NCBI GenBank assembly: GCA_002269645.1
Contig: NIVC01001810.1
Location: 170,752 to 234,751, forward strand
DNA: 64,000 nt
Reading direction: 5' to 3'
DNA from: Macrostomum lignano
Lineage: Eukaryota
Shown: positions 49,638-61,506 of the stretch, in pieces
How positions within the stretch are numbered: position 1 is the stretch's first letter
Layout: each line of letters begins with the position of its first letter
Program-made: the position numbers and the translations under genes
The notes under the pieces: model-generated
What the model saw: only the letters and a program-made list of their open reading frames with translations
The model's database searches: none
Told to the model about the DNA's origin: nothing

Positions 49638-50611
49638 TAGAAGGCATGAGGGGGCTTCTGGGACAAAATTTTTCACCTCCTCCATAATCCTTTTAAATCC
49701 ATCCATATTATCCCTGACAGAATCAGAAAAAAGGGGGGTCGCACTCGCTCACAAAACATCCTCCACAATCCTATTAAATCCATCCATATTATCCCTGACA
49801 GAATCAGAGCATTATCCCTGACAGAATCAGAGCATAACAGTAGGACACCTGTTATGCTCACTGACACTGACATAATCCACTGACATCCACCCATAGCATC
49901 TTCGAAACAATCAGAAAATAATCTGCATTCTTCTCCCCACATTCAATCCGCAACGTGCTACCACATCCCTAAAACTTTAAATCCCCTAACCCAGGGTCCT
50001 TACCCATTGAAAAAAAATAAATAATTTTATTATTCATTAGTAAGAATTATATATTTATTAACGGTTGCACAACTGATAGGATATGTATTAACTATTACAA
50101 GATTATCAAAAATGGTAGAAAAAACAGACACTATGTAGGATCTGCGTTAGAATTCTTCAACAACATACAGAGCCAGCCTAGCGTTCCTTTGAGCCAGCAG
50201 CTAGATTCTCTAACGCCGTTAGAATTTTCTATGTGAAAATTTGGTGTGCCCAAGCTTATCATGCGGGAAGCTTTTCACATAGAAAATTCTAACGGCGTTA
50301 GAAAATTTCTACCCCCCTCTATTTAACCATACAGAGCCAGCCTAGCTTTCCTGTGAGCCAGCAGCTAGATTCTCTAACGCGTTAGAATTTTCTATGTGAA
50401 AATTTGATGTGCCCAAGCTTATCTTGCGGGAAACTTTTCACATAGAAATTTCTAACAGCGTTAGAATTTAAAACCCACCGACTGAGTTGCACACAGTACT
50501 GAGAAAATTGCTACCCTCCTCTACTTAACCAATCGGCTGTCTCCAGTTGTTGAATCTTCTCTTTGAAATTCTAACGCGTTAGAAAAATTCTAAATGAACT
50601 GAATTTAAAAA

Positions 50612-51289
50612 TTACACAACTTTCCACGCAGGATCACTGGCCAAAATTTCTTCTAGAAACTTCATCTTAGAGTTTAGTTCCCTAATTGGCATTGACACCT
50701 GTCTCAAGCCTGGGTAGGTAACAGACAGTTTGTACAGACGAATGTACAAATAGCCAGTTGATTCCTGGATGTTTACATTTTTACACAAATGGGCGAACCG
50801 CACTTTAACATCTTGTCCAAAGTTCTCGGTGCGATAAGTTTTTAGCAGCCGCCCAACTTCGAGAATCCAATGTAGACCTCCAATTTGAGTCTTCTTGTAT
50901 TTTGCTAGAGCCGCCTTCACCCTAGTGATGATGTTCTGCTCGCCAGATGGAAGCTGGTGATCAACAGCGTCCATCAGCTGATCAGCTAGTGTTACGCGGG
51001 ATGCGTACAACTTCTCCCTGAATATCTGCAGATCCGCCATCTTCTTCTGCAGAGCCGCCGCCTTCTTCTCTTCGCTACTCACATTTTGCGCTTCATTCGC
51101 TGCGGCGATATCATCAGGGGCCATGGCGAAAAACTCGATTGGTAGGTCGCCAGTTTCTAGACCGAAAAAGGTGGTTAGTTCCTCTCTTCTTCTTGCTTGT
51201 AGATGTGACGGAATATCCTGTAAAACTCTTTGTAGCATGGCACAAAGGCCTTGCTTATCTGTCAAATGAAGATTCCACTCGACTTCCAT
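50612..51289 (-). CDS. Hypothetical 225-aa helical protein of the Polinton
   Basis: Uninterrupted non-repetitive ORF with AAAATG start context. Confidence 0.7.
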   Translation of the reverse strand: MEVEWNLHLTDKQGLCAMLQRVLQDIPSHLQARRREELTTFFGLETGDLPIEFFAMAPDDIAAANEAQNVSSEEKKAAALQKKMADLQIFREKLYASRVTLADQLMDAVDHQLPSGEQNIITRVKAALAKYKKTQIGGLHWILEVGRLLKTYRTENFGQDVKVRFAHLCKNVNIQESTGYLYIRLYKLSVTYPGLRQVSMPIRELNSKMKFLEEILASDPAWKVV

Positions 51290-52167
51290 TTTCTAAATCT
51301 TCTTGTCTTCTAATCTTCTAGTTTGGCGGACAATTTCTTAGATCACTTTCAGCGTGCTTAAGTTCCTGCAGTCGTCGTTTCTCAGTCGCAGTTGATGGCA
51401 TATGCGGGGAGAATCAACCCGAGTGTTTCTGCATTTGCTTAAATACAGCTATACAGCTAGAAAATTCCAGAAAATTCTTAGACTGTACAATCTTGGAGTC
51501 AAGCAGGGAAAAAATAATCGATATAGCTCAGTGAACGATAGAACATGAGGCGTGTGAATGTGAGGGTGAGCGATCGATTCCCTCCACCCGCTTGAAGTCC
51601 CCATACATTTCCTTGGTTGATTGGGTTTGTCAAAGCGGAAAGGAAAGCACGCGTGGAACTTGTACATTCGCAAAATCGATTAGAGGGCTGCGCTCCCTCA
51701 GCAAATAGCAGTTACCCCACCCCCCCTTCTGCTTCTACTTTTCAAAATGCAGCTGTTGCGCTTGGTTAGGGCTGAGAATAATAGTTAAGCCCTTCCCGAC
51801 TCAAGCGCCCCTCTCTACCACCCCCCATATTTTCATACCGTAGAGACCAACTAGGCGGGCCACATTCCGAGGCCAAATCGGCGGGCCGAGGCCAACTCGG
51901 CGGGCCAACTGGCCTCGCAATTTGGCCAATAATCAATATCAATCAAGGAGGAATCTCAACATACACAGTCCATGCATGCTAATGGCGGCGAAGCGGTTGA
52001 CTTTTTATTTTCTGCTCTTAGCTCTCTGGAGAATGAGAATCTCTCTTGTGCGCAACTCTTTAGGGAATAAAAAACTGTACTTACTCAAATCCACACTTGC
52101 TCATGCCCTTCCCGATTCAAGCGCCCCTTTCTACCCCAGCTCTTTCAGCAGTCTTCCCAATTTCTTG

Positions 52168-52614
52168 TTAGGAGCGCACAAAATAAACCCTACTCCCAAG
52201 CCTCCGCCCTCTCTCCCCGTGCACTCGCCCTCTCTCCCAAACACCCGCCCTCGGCGTACACCCCAACCCCAGTTTTGTCTTACTAAAAATAACAGCTTTA
52301 ACTAGCTTCCGAGCGATCGACTCACGAAATCCGCTTGAAGCCCCTATATTGTCTAGTCTCTTAAGCATTTCTTTGTCCCAACGATTCTTCTCCTCAGGAA
52401 AATCTCTATATTTAACGTCGTGCCACATGCAGACAGAGTCTAGCTCGTTCACAGGCTCATGCCCAGGATGTGGATTATTGTTTTTATCTAGCTGTATTTC
52501 AAGTGGATTCAAAGGCCCGCAATATTTATAGCCGGGAAGTGTCCAGCCTTTGTTTGGATGAGGAAGCTTTTCTATCAGTCCATGTGAATCTATTTTACCA
52601 CCAGAGCGCTGCAT
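52168..52614 (-). CDS. Parvovirus VP1u-type phospholipase A2-like protein (PLA2X)
   Basis: TLPGYKYCGPLN (Ca-binding loop), PVNELDSVCMWHDVKY (catalytic HD) and C-terminal LVKAVIFSKTKLGLG. ATG at 52614. Confidence 0.85.
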   Translation of the reverse strand: MQRSGGKIDSHGLIEKLPHPNKGWTLPGYKYCGPLNPLEIQLDKNNNPHPGHEPVNELDSVCMWHDVKYRDFPEEKNRWDKEMLKRLDNIGASSGFRESIARKLVKAVIFSKTKLGLGCTPRAGVWERGRVHGERGRRLGSRVYFVRS

Positions 52615-52644
52615 TATTTTATTTAAAATTTTCTTTTTAAATAA

Positions 52645-53682
52645 ATGACAGATCAGAAACTTAAAAAACTCTACTACAGCGACAAAGGATTCTTTGTAGG
52701 CAAAAATGCCGTTAGTAAACTCATGGAGCTGAGTAAGGAACCAAAAGCTACAGTAGAAAAATGGCTCTCTAAGCAGGCTCTCTTTCAAGTCTATTTCCCA
52801 CCAGTAAAATTTACAAGACCTCACTTTAACATCTATAAACCTAACGAGGCGCACCAAGCAGATCTTTTGTTTCTCCCCAACGACTCAGGCTACAAGTATG
52901 CTCTTACAATTACAGACGTTGCCTCCAGATATAAGGAAGCGAGACCGCTTAAGACGAAGAAGTCAGAAGCAGTTGCAGCCGCCCTCCAAGATATTTATAA
53001 AAACTCTCCGCTCACATACCCCCAAATCTTTATGACCGACCCGGGTAAGGAATTCATGGGTGTAGTGAAATCCCTTATGGAAAAGAAAAACACAGAGATT
53101 CGCTATGGCAGAACAAACTTGCACAGAGACCAGGCTTTTGTGGAAAGATTCAATCTAACTCTAGCCAAGAGACTATTCACTAAGCAGACAGCGCAAGAAC
53201 TCAAACTGAGTGCGGGGCAGTACTATACCAAGTGGACAGAAAGACTCCCCACTGTTATAGAGCAACTGAACAATGAAGTCACACGCATGACTGGATTGAA
53301 ACCATCCCATGCAATTAAACAAGACACTGTCGAACTTAAGGCATCTCATAGAACAGACAACAACACGACAACCCCACACAACACACACAACACAAAACAC
53401 ACCTCGAACTACCCTAAGCTTCCAGGAGTTGAATCACCATACATACTGACAAACTCTGAGTTTCTACGCTTTTTATATCTACCTGGAGAGCTAGAGAAAG
53501 ACACCAAAAGAAGAGCTACAGATCCATACTTCAGCCTTGATGTGCATAAAATAGACAGACATTTTACCTCCGACTCCGGTGACTATTACTTTTTATCTCA
53601 AGCCTTTAACCCTAAATCCCCCACGCGGTCATTCACTAGAGCTGAACTCCTAGTGATACCAGCTGACACAGAAATTAATTAA
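52645..53682 (+). CDS. Polinton retroviral-like (rve) integrase, intact 345 aa
   Basis: DDE triad in HQADLLFL, MTDPGKEF and FVERFNLTL; also YKYALTITDVASRY. Confidence 0.95.
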   Translation: MTDQKLKKLYYSDKGFFVGKNAVSKLMELSKEPKATVEKWLSKQALFQVYFPPVKFTRPHFNIYKPNEAHQADLLFLPNDSGYKYALTITDVASRYKEARPLKTKKSEAVAAALQDIYKNSPLTYPQIFMTDPGKEFMGVVKSLMEKKNTEIRYGRTNLHRDQAFVERFNLTLAKRLFTKQTAQELKLSAGQYYTKWTERLPTVIEQLNNEVTRMTGLKPSHAIKQDTVELKASHRTDNNTTTPHNTHNTKHTSNYPKLPGVESPYILTNSEFLRFLYLPGELEKDTKRRATDPYFSLDVHKIDRHFTSDSGDYYFLSQAFNPKSPTRSFTRAELLVIPADTEIN

Positions 53683-53698
53683 AATATTAAAATAAAAA

Positions 53699-54154
53699 AT
53701 GACAAAGATTGAAACTAGAACCATCAATAAACTCAATAAAATCATTGAATCAAAGAAACCAGGTCTTATATCAATTAAAGGTGCCAAAGTAAAAGTCGAT
53801 CCCACGCAGCAAATAGTTCAGTGTAATGAGCAAAGACACAGCATCACAGATGAAAAGTCAGGAGGAATCCTACCATTAGCAGCTCTTATTCCGATCATTG
53901 CAGGCGCTGTAAGTGCCGCAGGTGGTGTAGCTGGAGGTGTAGCAACTGCTGTTAAAGCTGGGAATGATAGAGCCCACCAGCTGGAATTGCAAAAGATTGC
54001 AAGAGACAAAGGTATAACAATTAAGGCAGGAGATGGTTGCCCTGATTTTGATGATTGTGATGATTGTGAGCATGAAAATTCTGTAAGCAAGTCTGACATT
54101 GTCAAAGCCATCATGACACTGCACAATGCTGGGTTTACAATAATGCGGATGTGA
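53699..54154 (+). CDS. Small protein with an adenovirus pX (mu precursor)-like hydrophobic segment
   Basis: SGGILPLAALIPIIAGAVSAAGGVA resembles adenoviral pX RGGILPLLIPLIAAAIGA. Confidence 0.65.
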   Translation: MTKIETRTINKLNKIIESKKPGLISIKGAKVKVDPTQQIVQCNEQRHSITDEKSGGILPLAALIPIIAGAVSAAGGVAGGVATAVKAGNDRAHQLELQKIARDKGITIKAGDGCPDFDDCDDCEHENSVSKSDIVKAIMTLHNAGFTIMRM

Positions 54155-54277
54155 TGAGGTTTAAAACCTCACTTTATCCAGCTTCATAAACCTAAAGCTA
54201 CTGATAGGATGTAGAAACAGTTCAACTTTTCTATCAGGGTGGTCACCCTCAAAATTTTTTTTATATTTTCGAGAAAA

Positions 54278-57200
54278 ATGCCAAAAGCCAATCCAGCAAG
54301 AGATTTAGTCAACAAATATTTTTCAAAAGGCGTCTCATTTCAAGACAAAAGTAATTCACTAAGAGAAGCATGCAAACAAAAGTTCAACACCGACCCTGGT
54401 CACCTGGGAAGCTATGAAAAACAGTTGGAAATCATCAATCAATTAGAATCAAACCAGTATGCGCCTATAAAAAATTCTGCAAAGGAACACCAAGAGAGGA
54501 GTCGCAACTTAGTTAACAAATATGAAACTCTCACTGGTGAAAAAGCAAAGTACCCACAAAATAAGCAGGAACAAGAGAAATTAGAGCAATTAATCCATTT
54601 AAAAGAGTCGGAGCTTGCCACTGAAGAGATTAATTTTGCACAGACGAAGTTTACAGAACATTACATAGAGTACACAATCCCAATAAACGGCACCAACGGT
54701 ACCACCGCAAACATCTACGACTATAAAGACAGCATCCAATCAGTTGTTGATCACACACTCAAAACACGCAAGACTTTAAACTACAGATATCATTCAAGAT
54801 TGCGTTTTATATGCCTGCAAAACCCACTGAGCATCTCGAGTATTACATGACAACAAAGGCAAAGCCATTCACCCCAACAGACACACTGGATCCTTTCCTT
54901 CAAGATGTCACTAAGAAAATTGAAGCGTTTACATCCAGAGGTTCCGGATGGGTCGTGGGAGGGATTCAAAGAGCGACTGTCATGGTCATGAAATATGACC
55001 CACTTAAAGCCTCCTCTTATATAGAGCTCCCGCATAAGCTAGCCGGCAAAAAAGCTTGCATAAATGTTAAAAATAAAGACAATTGCTGTGCTCTATGGGC
55101 AGTTCTTTCTGCACTTTTTAGTGTACCTCACCACCCCGAAAGAACCTCAAATTATCAAAATTATTTCAACTACTATCTCATTGAATGCGAAAAGAAGGGA
55201 ATCAGGTTTGACAAAGGAGGCTGGCGATCTCTCAGATCCCAAAGCTAGAAGAAGTGTTTAATAACAAAATTAGAATCACAGTCTTTGAGTGGAGTGAAAA
55301 AACTGAGAAAGTTCAACCGGTCAGATGTAGCAAAGACGTTTTAGATCCGAGGGGAAAAGGCGGACTGAAGTGGATCTTCTAGTGATTGGTAATTTACTAG
55401 AGGAGGCTCACTATGTTTGGATTAAAGATCTTTCAAGACTCATTCACAAGCAGTTGAATAATCATCACGAGGCTGTTGCCATCTGCCGCTTGTGCCTTAA
55501 GCATTACAGTGGACCTGAACGCTTTGAAAAGCTAACAGAGCATGAATTATCATGCGAGGATCACCCGACAAACTGCTCTCTTCCTTCAGCTGAAGAGAAG
55601 TATCTCCGTTTAAGAACTATCACAAGATGGAGAAGCTCCCATTTGTTGTATATGCTGATTTCGAATGCTCAATCATGCCGGAAACACAAAAACAAACTCA
55701 AACTCAAAAACATATCCCCAATTCAGTAGCATATGCCTTTATTAATACAAAAGGACTTGTTGAGTATAATTATTTCTTTGGAGAGCAGTGTGTGGAGCAG
55801 TTTATTGCCAGAATGTTAGAGTTGCAAAAAGTGATTAGCACCCTTCAACCTGTTCCAATAATGATGACTGAGGAGGATGAAAGCAATTTCCTATCAGCAA
55901 CTCATTGCCACATCTGCAGGAAACATTTAACTTGCACTAATATTAAAAACCCCACCGTTAGGGACCACTGCCACTTTACTGGGAAATTTAGAGGTGCAGC
56001 GCATAACACCTGTAATCTAAAGCTAAAATCGAACATTCATGATCTAACGATATTTTGTCACAACGCAAAGAACTATGACATGCATTTAATAGTTGAAAAA
56101 ATCGGCATGATTCCAGACATACACCTTGATTGCATCGCAGAGAACAAGGAGAAGTTTAAGTGTGTTGATATTAAACAGGATAATTCGGGTACAGGTAAAA
56201 TAAGACTGAAGGATTCATATCAATTTCTAGCTGCCAGTCTAGACGAACTAAGCAAGAATCTAAAAGATGAACAATGTACATATACAAAGATGTTTGCAAG
56301 TAAAATTAACAACACTGATGAATCATTTAAACTCCTGAGAACCAAAGGCTTCTACCCCTATGAAAATATTACTGGGTATCACGTATTTGAAGAAGGTTTA
56401 CCACCACAGGAGAAGTTCTTTTCAAAGCTAACAGACTCTGGAATCTCTGACAAAGACTATGAGCACGCGAAGCATGTCTATAGTTACTTTAATTGTCAAA
56501 ACTTCTTCCAGTATCACCTGCTTTACCTCTTCACAGATGTGTTTCTGCTGGCTGATGTGTTTGAAACCTTCAGATACACCTGGTACACAGCATATGGCCT
56601 CGATCCAGCACATTATGTGTCTCTGCCTGCCACTAGCTGGGAATCTTTGCTTAAAATGAAATGGGATCAAGATCCAGATTGGTACATTGAACTTCTTACA
56701 GACATTGACATGTACAATTTTGTCGAATCGTCAAAGCGAGGGGGATCTCAATTTGCACATAGGTATGCAAAAGCAAACAATCCCTACATTGAATCTTACA
56801 ATAAGGAGCAGCCCTCAAACTACATTACTTACTTGGACGCTAATAATCTCTACGGGTGGGCGATGAGTCAAGATCTTCCAGTTAGAGATTTTCGATGGCT
56901 ACCCTCATCAGAATTAAATGGGACTTTTCATTGGCTGCCATTTATGAGGTTGATGTTTACATTCCACCAGAGCTTCACGACTATTTCTCTGACTTTCCAC
57001 CCTTCCCAGAGAACATCAAGTGCCCGAAAATAATCGAAACTCCCAATGATAATAATGGAACTTGGCACCTGTCAGGAACAGAAAAAGAACATACAGAGAA
57101 ACTAACACAGAATCTAAACAACAAGACACGTTACAAAATCCATTACAAACTGCTTCAATATTTTATCTCACTTGGTTGCAGGGTCACCAAAGTTCACCGG

Positions 57201-58087
57201 GCTCTTACATTTACAGAGGAAGCGTGGATGAAACCCTACATTGATAAGAACACCCAGTTTAGGACCAAAGCAACCAACGACTTTGACAAGAACCTCTTTA
57301 AGTTGGCCAACAACTCTGTCTATGGCAAGACTCTTGAGAATGAGCGGAAAAGAACAAACCTGAAACTTGTTACCTCATCAGAGCCTGATGTTATTCAGGC
57401 AAATATGTCAAAGCCAACATTCAAAGAACTCCATATCTTTAATAGCTACTTAGGTGTGATCATATTTTACAAAACCAAGGTGACGCTGCGCAAGCCGATC
57501 TATACAGGTGTCACTGTTCTCGACGAATCAAAACGTCTGATGTACCAGTTCTTCTATGGCATGAAGCAGCAGTACAAGGATAAAATGAAACTCTTGTACA
57601 CTGACACAGACAGTTTTATTATGGACATTCAAACAGAAGACATTTATCAGGACATGCTGCAGCAAAAAGATTTGTTTGACTTGTCTGAGTATGATGAATC
57701 TTGCAGGACACAGAATGGCGATCAAGTGTTTGACGCCACTAACAAGAAAGTGATTGGGAAAATGAAGGACGAGATTGCTGGTGACATAATCACTGAATTC
57801 ATTGGGTTGAGAGCAAAGTCCTATTTTATAAAATGTGAGTCGTCAGACCCAATAAAAAATCAAAGGGAATTCCGAAACGTGTGGTTAGGAAGGAAATTAA
57901 TGAAGCTGAATACAGAGACGCCTTGAATTGCAACAAAAAGACATCACATGAGTTCTCAAAGCTACAATCTAAAAACCATATTATTCACACAATTCAGCAA
58001 AAGAAGATTGGACTGTCAGGTGCAGATAACAAGAGATTCATTTTTGATGACAATATCAACAGTCTACCGTTCGGGCACTGGAGTTAG
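54278..58087 (+). pseudogene. Protein-primed family B DNA polymerase (pPolB), broken by at least 5 frameshifts as assembled
   Basis: N-terminal RGSGW and SSYIELP; Exo I YADFEC; endonuclease VII-like DHCHFTGKFRGAAH; Exo II HNAKNYD; Pol A YLDANNLYG; Pol B KLANNSVYGK; Pol C YTDTDS. Confidence 0.95.
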
Positions 58088-58178
58088 GTTTAGGAGGTGG
58101 TTAGGAGTTGGAGGTTAGATTTAGGAGATTAGAGATTGGGTTTAGGTTTAAGAGAAAGTTTAATAAACCTCATAAAAA

Positions 58179-58579
58179 ATGACGACAAATAACTTTCTTG
58201 AAGATTTGGCTAACGAACTGGAAATCCCAAACTTTAGAGGAATATTTATGAGGGACACTCTGCCTGATTTTCCTCTAAGAAAGGAATGCGGCATCATGAA
58301 CTTTGACACCACCGATAAGCCAGGATCTCATTGGGTTTGCTGGGTGATTGATCCCGATCGCAAGCACAAGTGTTATTACTTCGATAGCTATGGGACGGCA
58401 GTACCAGAAGAGCTAAGAAATTATATGAAGGGAAAAAATAATAAAAAATTTATCGCTCAGACTTTATTCTCCAAGGTCTTAGCAGTGATATTTGCGGTGA
58501 GCTGTGCATGACTGTTTTGTATGCAATGACCAAAACACGAAAGACCTACAAGGAAATTATTCGTACCTGTGTTTCATAG
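58179..58579 (+). CDS. Adenain-like cysteine protease (one frameshift near 58460)
   Basis: GSHWVC and YYFDSYG, then in the shifted frame ILQGLSSDICGELC, giving the His, Asp, Gln and Cys residues. Confidence 0.9.
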
Positions 58580-59236
58580 GGTTCATTGTGCATTTCTCGT
58601 TGTACTTCTCGTTGTCCTTCTTTCCACATAATGTTGAAAACTTTCTCGAGTTCATTTCTCAGCTGACTCATGTCATCAGTACCGACCATGTTCAAGTTCA
58701 TTCGAATTGATTGTTCATAAAGATCCTGAATGGTTTTGAACTCATCCTCTGAAATGAACTTATCCTCGATTGCCCTTGAAATGTACCCTATGATTGATGT
58801 GTGCACCCCTTTCTCTTTTACTTGCTTCTCCTGTAGCTGCTTTAGTTTTTTTCGCCTGTTTCGCGCTACTGCTCCAGTAATTGCTGAAATAAGTCCACAT
58901 GCAGCACCCACAGAGCCGAGCGGGATTGCGATTGGGGCTGTGATGACTGGCAACACTGAGACAGCTGCAGCAGATCCAGATAGAACAGACACAGATCCTA
59001 GAATCATATTGCTGTAGTCGAAAAATTTACAGTGGCTTGTCATAGCGCTTAATTTTCTTTGTGTTGTGGAAAATATTTTTTTCAAGATCATCGCGCATTT
59101 TTTGAATCTCACAGTCGAAACTGTTGAGAGTTACAAGTAATGACGGGTAGAGTTTTTGTTGCTCATATTGGGGTGCACTAGGTGCACTAGGTGTTGTGGG
59201 AGCGTTCGGATCATAAAGAGAATTTTGAGCATCCAT
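58546..59236 (-). CDS. Hydrophobic-hairpin protein resembling the adintovirus GasderminX family (one frameshift)
   Basis: Long hydrophobic segment (ITAPIAIPLGSVGAACGLISAITG) followed by ISRAIEDKFISEDEF. The family name is from recall, not a search. Confidence 0.55.
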
Positions 59237-60084
59237 TTTGTAGGGAATTTTTTTAAAAAAATCGGCAACTAGTTGGTGGTGGTTAGATTTGTTTTACGGT
59301 TGATTGCTTCGTCTGCAGTGACGGCAACAGGTCTCTGAATCTGCCTATTCATTATCTGTGAGCTCCATTCTACGCATGATCTCAAACAAGTCGGTTGGAT
59401 CACTTGTTTCCCTTGTGGTCTGTGGTGCCTCTTCAGCGTCAATGTTTTTGAGATTATGCAAGCGTTCAAGACGACCGATTCTTCTCACCGATTTCTGCCA
59501 TTCGGTAAAAACTAAATCTACAAAGACTTTATTTGCAGTAATTCTTACTTTGATTTGATCATGCAACGCTGTTGACTGAGTCATGAACTCTTCTAAATTC
59601 CTCACTTTACCTGTGTTGGTTGCGACGTTTTCTTTAATTCTATCATGCAATGCTGTTGACTGGTTCATGAACTCTTCTAAATTTCACTTTACTGCTGTTT
59701 GTGAAAACTCCTTCTTCAAGAATGCGCATCCGCCTATCAATGGAGTTTCTCAGAAGATTAATTGTCGATGCTAAATTTGTCTTAAACCGTTGATTTGCGA
59801 GACTATCGAAGTTATTTCTGACCTAGTTCATTAGTTGCGTTAACAACGGCACATAAAGCTTATCACTTCAAACTTCTGCTAGCTACTTTAAGCCTGAGAT
59901 CTTCATGTTTATCTGTAGCTGGTGCATGGAGCGCTCTAATTGTTTCAGTCTGTTTTTATTCAGTTTGATCTCTGGGATCTTTTCGTCGCTGTTGATATAT
60001 CGCCTGTCAAGGATGGATATTTGAGCTGATGTAAGAGCGCTGTTGCCAGAAATGGATTCACCTGCAAAGTTTATTGACATCTTT

Positions 60085-60894
60085 TAATAGCAAATTTTAA
60101 ATTACAGTTCTTTTTTCTTTGCTGATAATCACAAACTGTAAGGCTGATTCCACTTGTCATAGCAAAGATTAACGAATTCCTCTTGTGAAATCTTTCTGCT
60201 TGAGTTTTTTGTTGGATTTATGAAATAGGCAGGCGCAATGACCTCATTGTAAAATCTTTTTAACCTGTCCTGTGGAATGGTTGGAAACAGGAGAATCAGA
60301 TTGCAGTTCCACGAATTGTTTTGTTCGGGAGCTCGAACCAGTTCTGTGCAATGTAAATTACATTACAATTGTTATGTCGCCCTCTTGTAAAATAGTTTTC
60401 TATCTGCTTCTGTGGGCCTGTCATACAATCATCAAAGACGATCAAATGCTTTCTCCCCTTTTCTAGCTCATCTGGTTGGGGTAGAAGTTTGGTCTTTGGA
60501 TCAGCCTGTGGATCTCCATAGCGTGAACACTTTAATGTTCTGCCATTTTTCATTGTCTTTGAGGTGCTTTGCATATTCGGCAGCTACAATTTCAGGGTTA
60601 CTGGGAAGGCTCATTTGGTTATTAAAACATGCAATAATGTCCTCTTTGTTCAGCTTGTTTGAAGCCCTGCAATCAGCATTCTATACTCATCTTGATACAG
60701 TGTGGGAGAGTAGATGTGCAGAGTGTCATAGTCGATAAATCCAGGTCTAAGAAGCATGTTAAAGACTCTGAATGTTTTACCTGAACCTGACGAACCAACA
60801 ACAATGCATCTGAAGTGACTCGGATTGACTCGTGATGAGAAAACTTAATCTGATTACGCGTCCAGTGAGGATTGAAGTCGTTTTGAAAGTCCAT
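60085..60894 (-). pseudogene. A32/FtsK-like packaging ATPase, frameshifted
   Basis: Walker A RCIVVGSSGSGKT at about 60810-60775; Walker B LIVFDD; YFTRGRHNNCNVIYIAQ. Confidence 0.9.
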
Positions 60895-60949
60895 TTTTTC
60901 TATGATGAAAAAAAAAAAAATAATTAAATAATAGAACTTAGATTTGGGA

Positions 60950-61110
60950 CTTAGATGTGTCATTTGGGACTTAGATGTTCATTTTGGGACTTAGATGTGT
61001 CATTTTGGACTTAGATGTGTCATTTTGGTACTTAATTGTGTCATTTTGGGACTTAGATGTGTCATTTTGGACTTAGATGTGTCATTTGGGACTTAGATGT
61101 GTCATTTTGA
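60950..61110. repeat. 20-21-bp repeat GGGACTTAGATGTGTCATTT upstream of the ATPase
   Basis: About 8 copies. Confidence 0.9.
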
Positions 61111-61156
61111 GACTAGTCTTGTACCTTTACATTTCTTGTACCCTCGGAAAGTACCT

Positions 61157-61506
61157 TTAGTCAAATTTGAAACCACTTCCTTTTTTAATGCTTGCTCTCA
61201 TCTTCTCATAGACTGCAGGGTCCACACTGTCTGGGTTTGGGGCCAGCGGGGCCAGCGGAGCCAGAGGTTGAATCTCTTGTTTAGGTGTTACAGTATCCTT
61301 TATCTTTTTGGCTGCTGTGGCTACACTGCCAGCCGCTTCGGCAACGTTCTTGATGTTCTCTTTGTTCTCTCCAATGACCTTAAAAATCTTAGCCCCCTGA
61401 GCGATCAAATCGGCAAGGCCATTCCCGGAGCGCTCTTTTCTTGGATAGTGGCCTGCAGGGAAAAGTCCAGATCCGCGTTTAATAAGATTAAGTTCCTCTT
61501 TGTCAT
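61157..61506 (-). CDS. Small basic, putative core protein of the Polinton
   Basis: ORF MTKRNLILLKRGSG...SGNGLADLIAQG...KKGSGFKFD containing GSG/GNG motifs. Confidence 0.5.
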
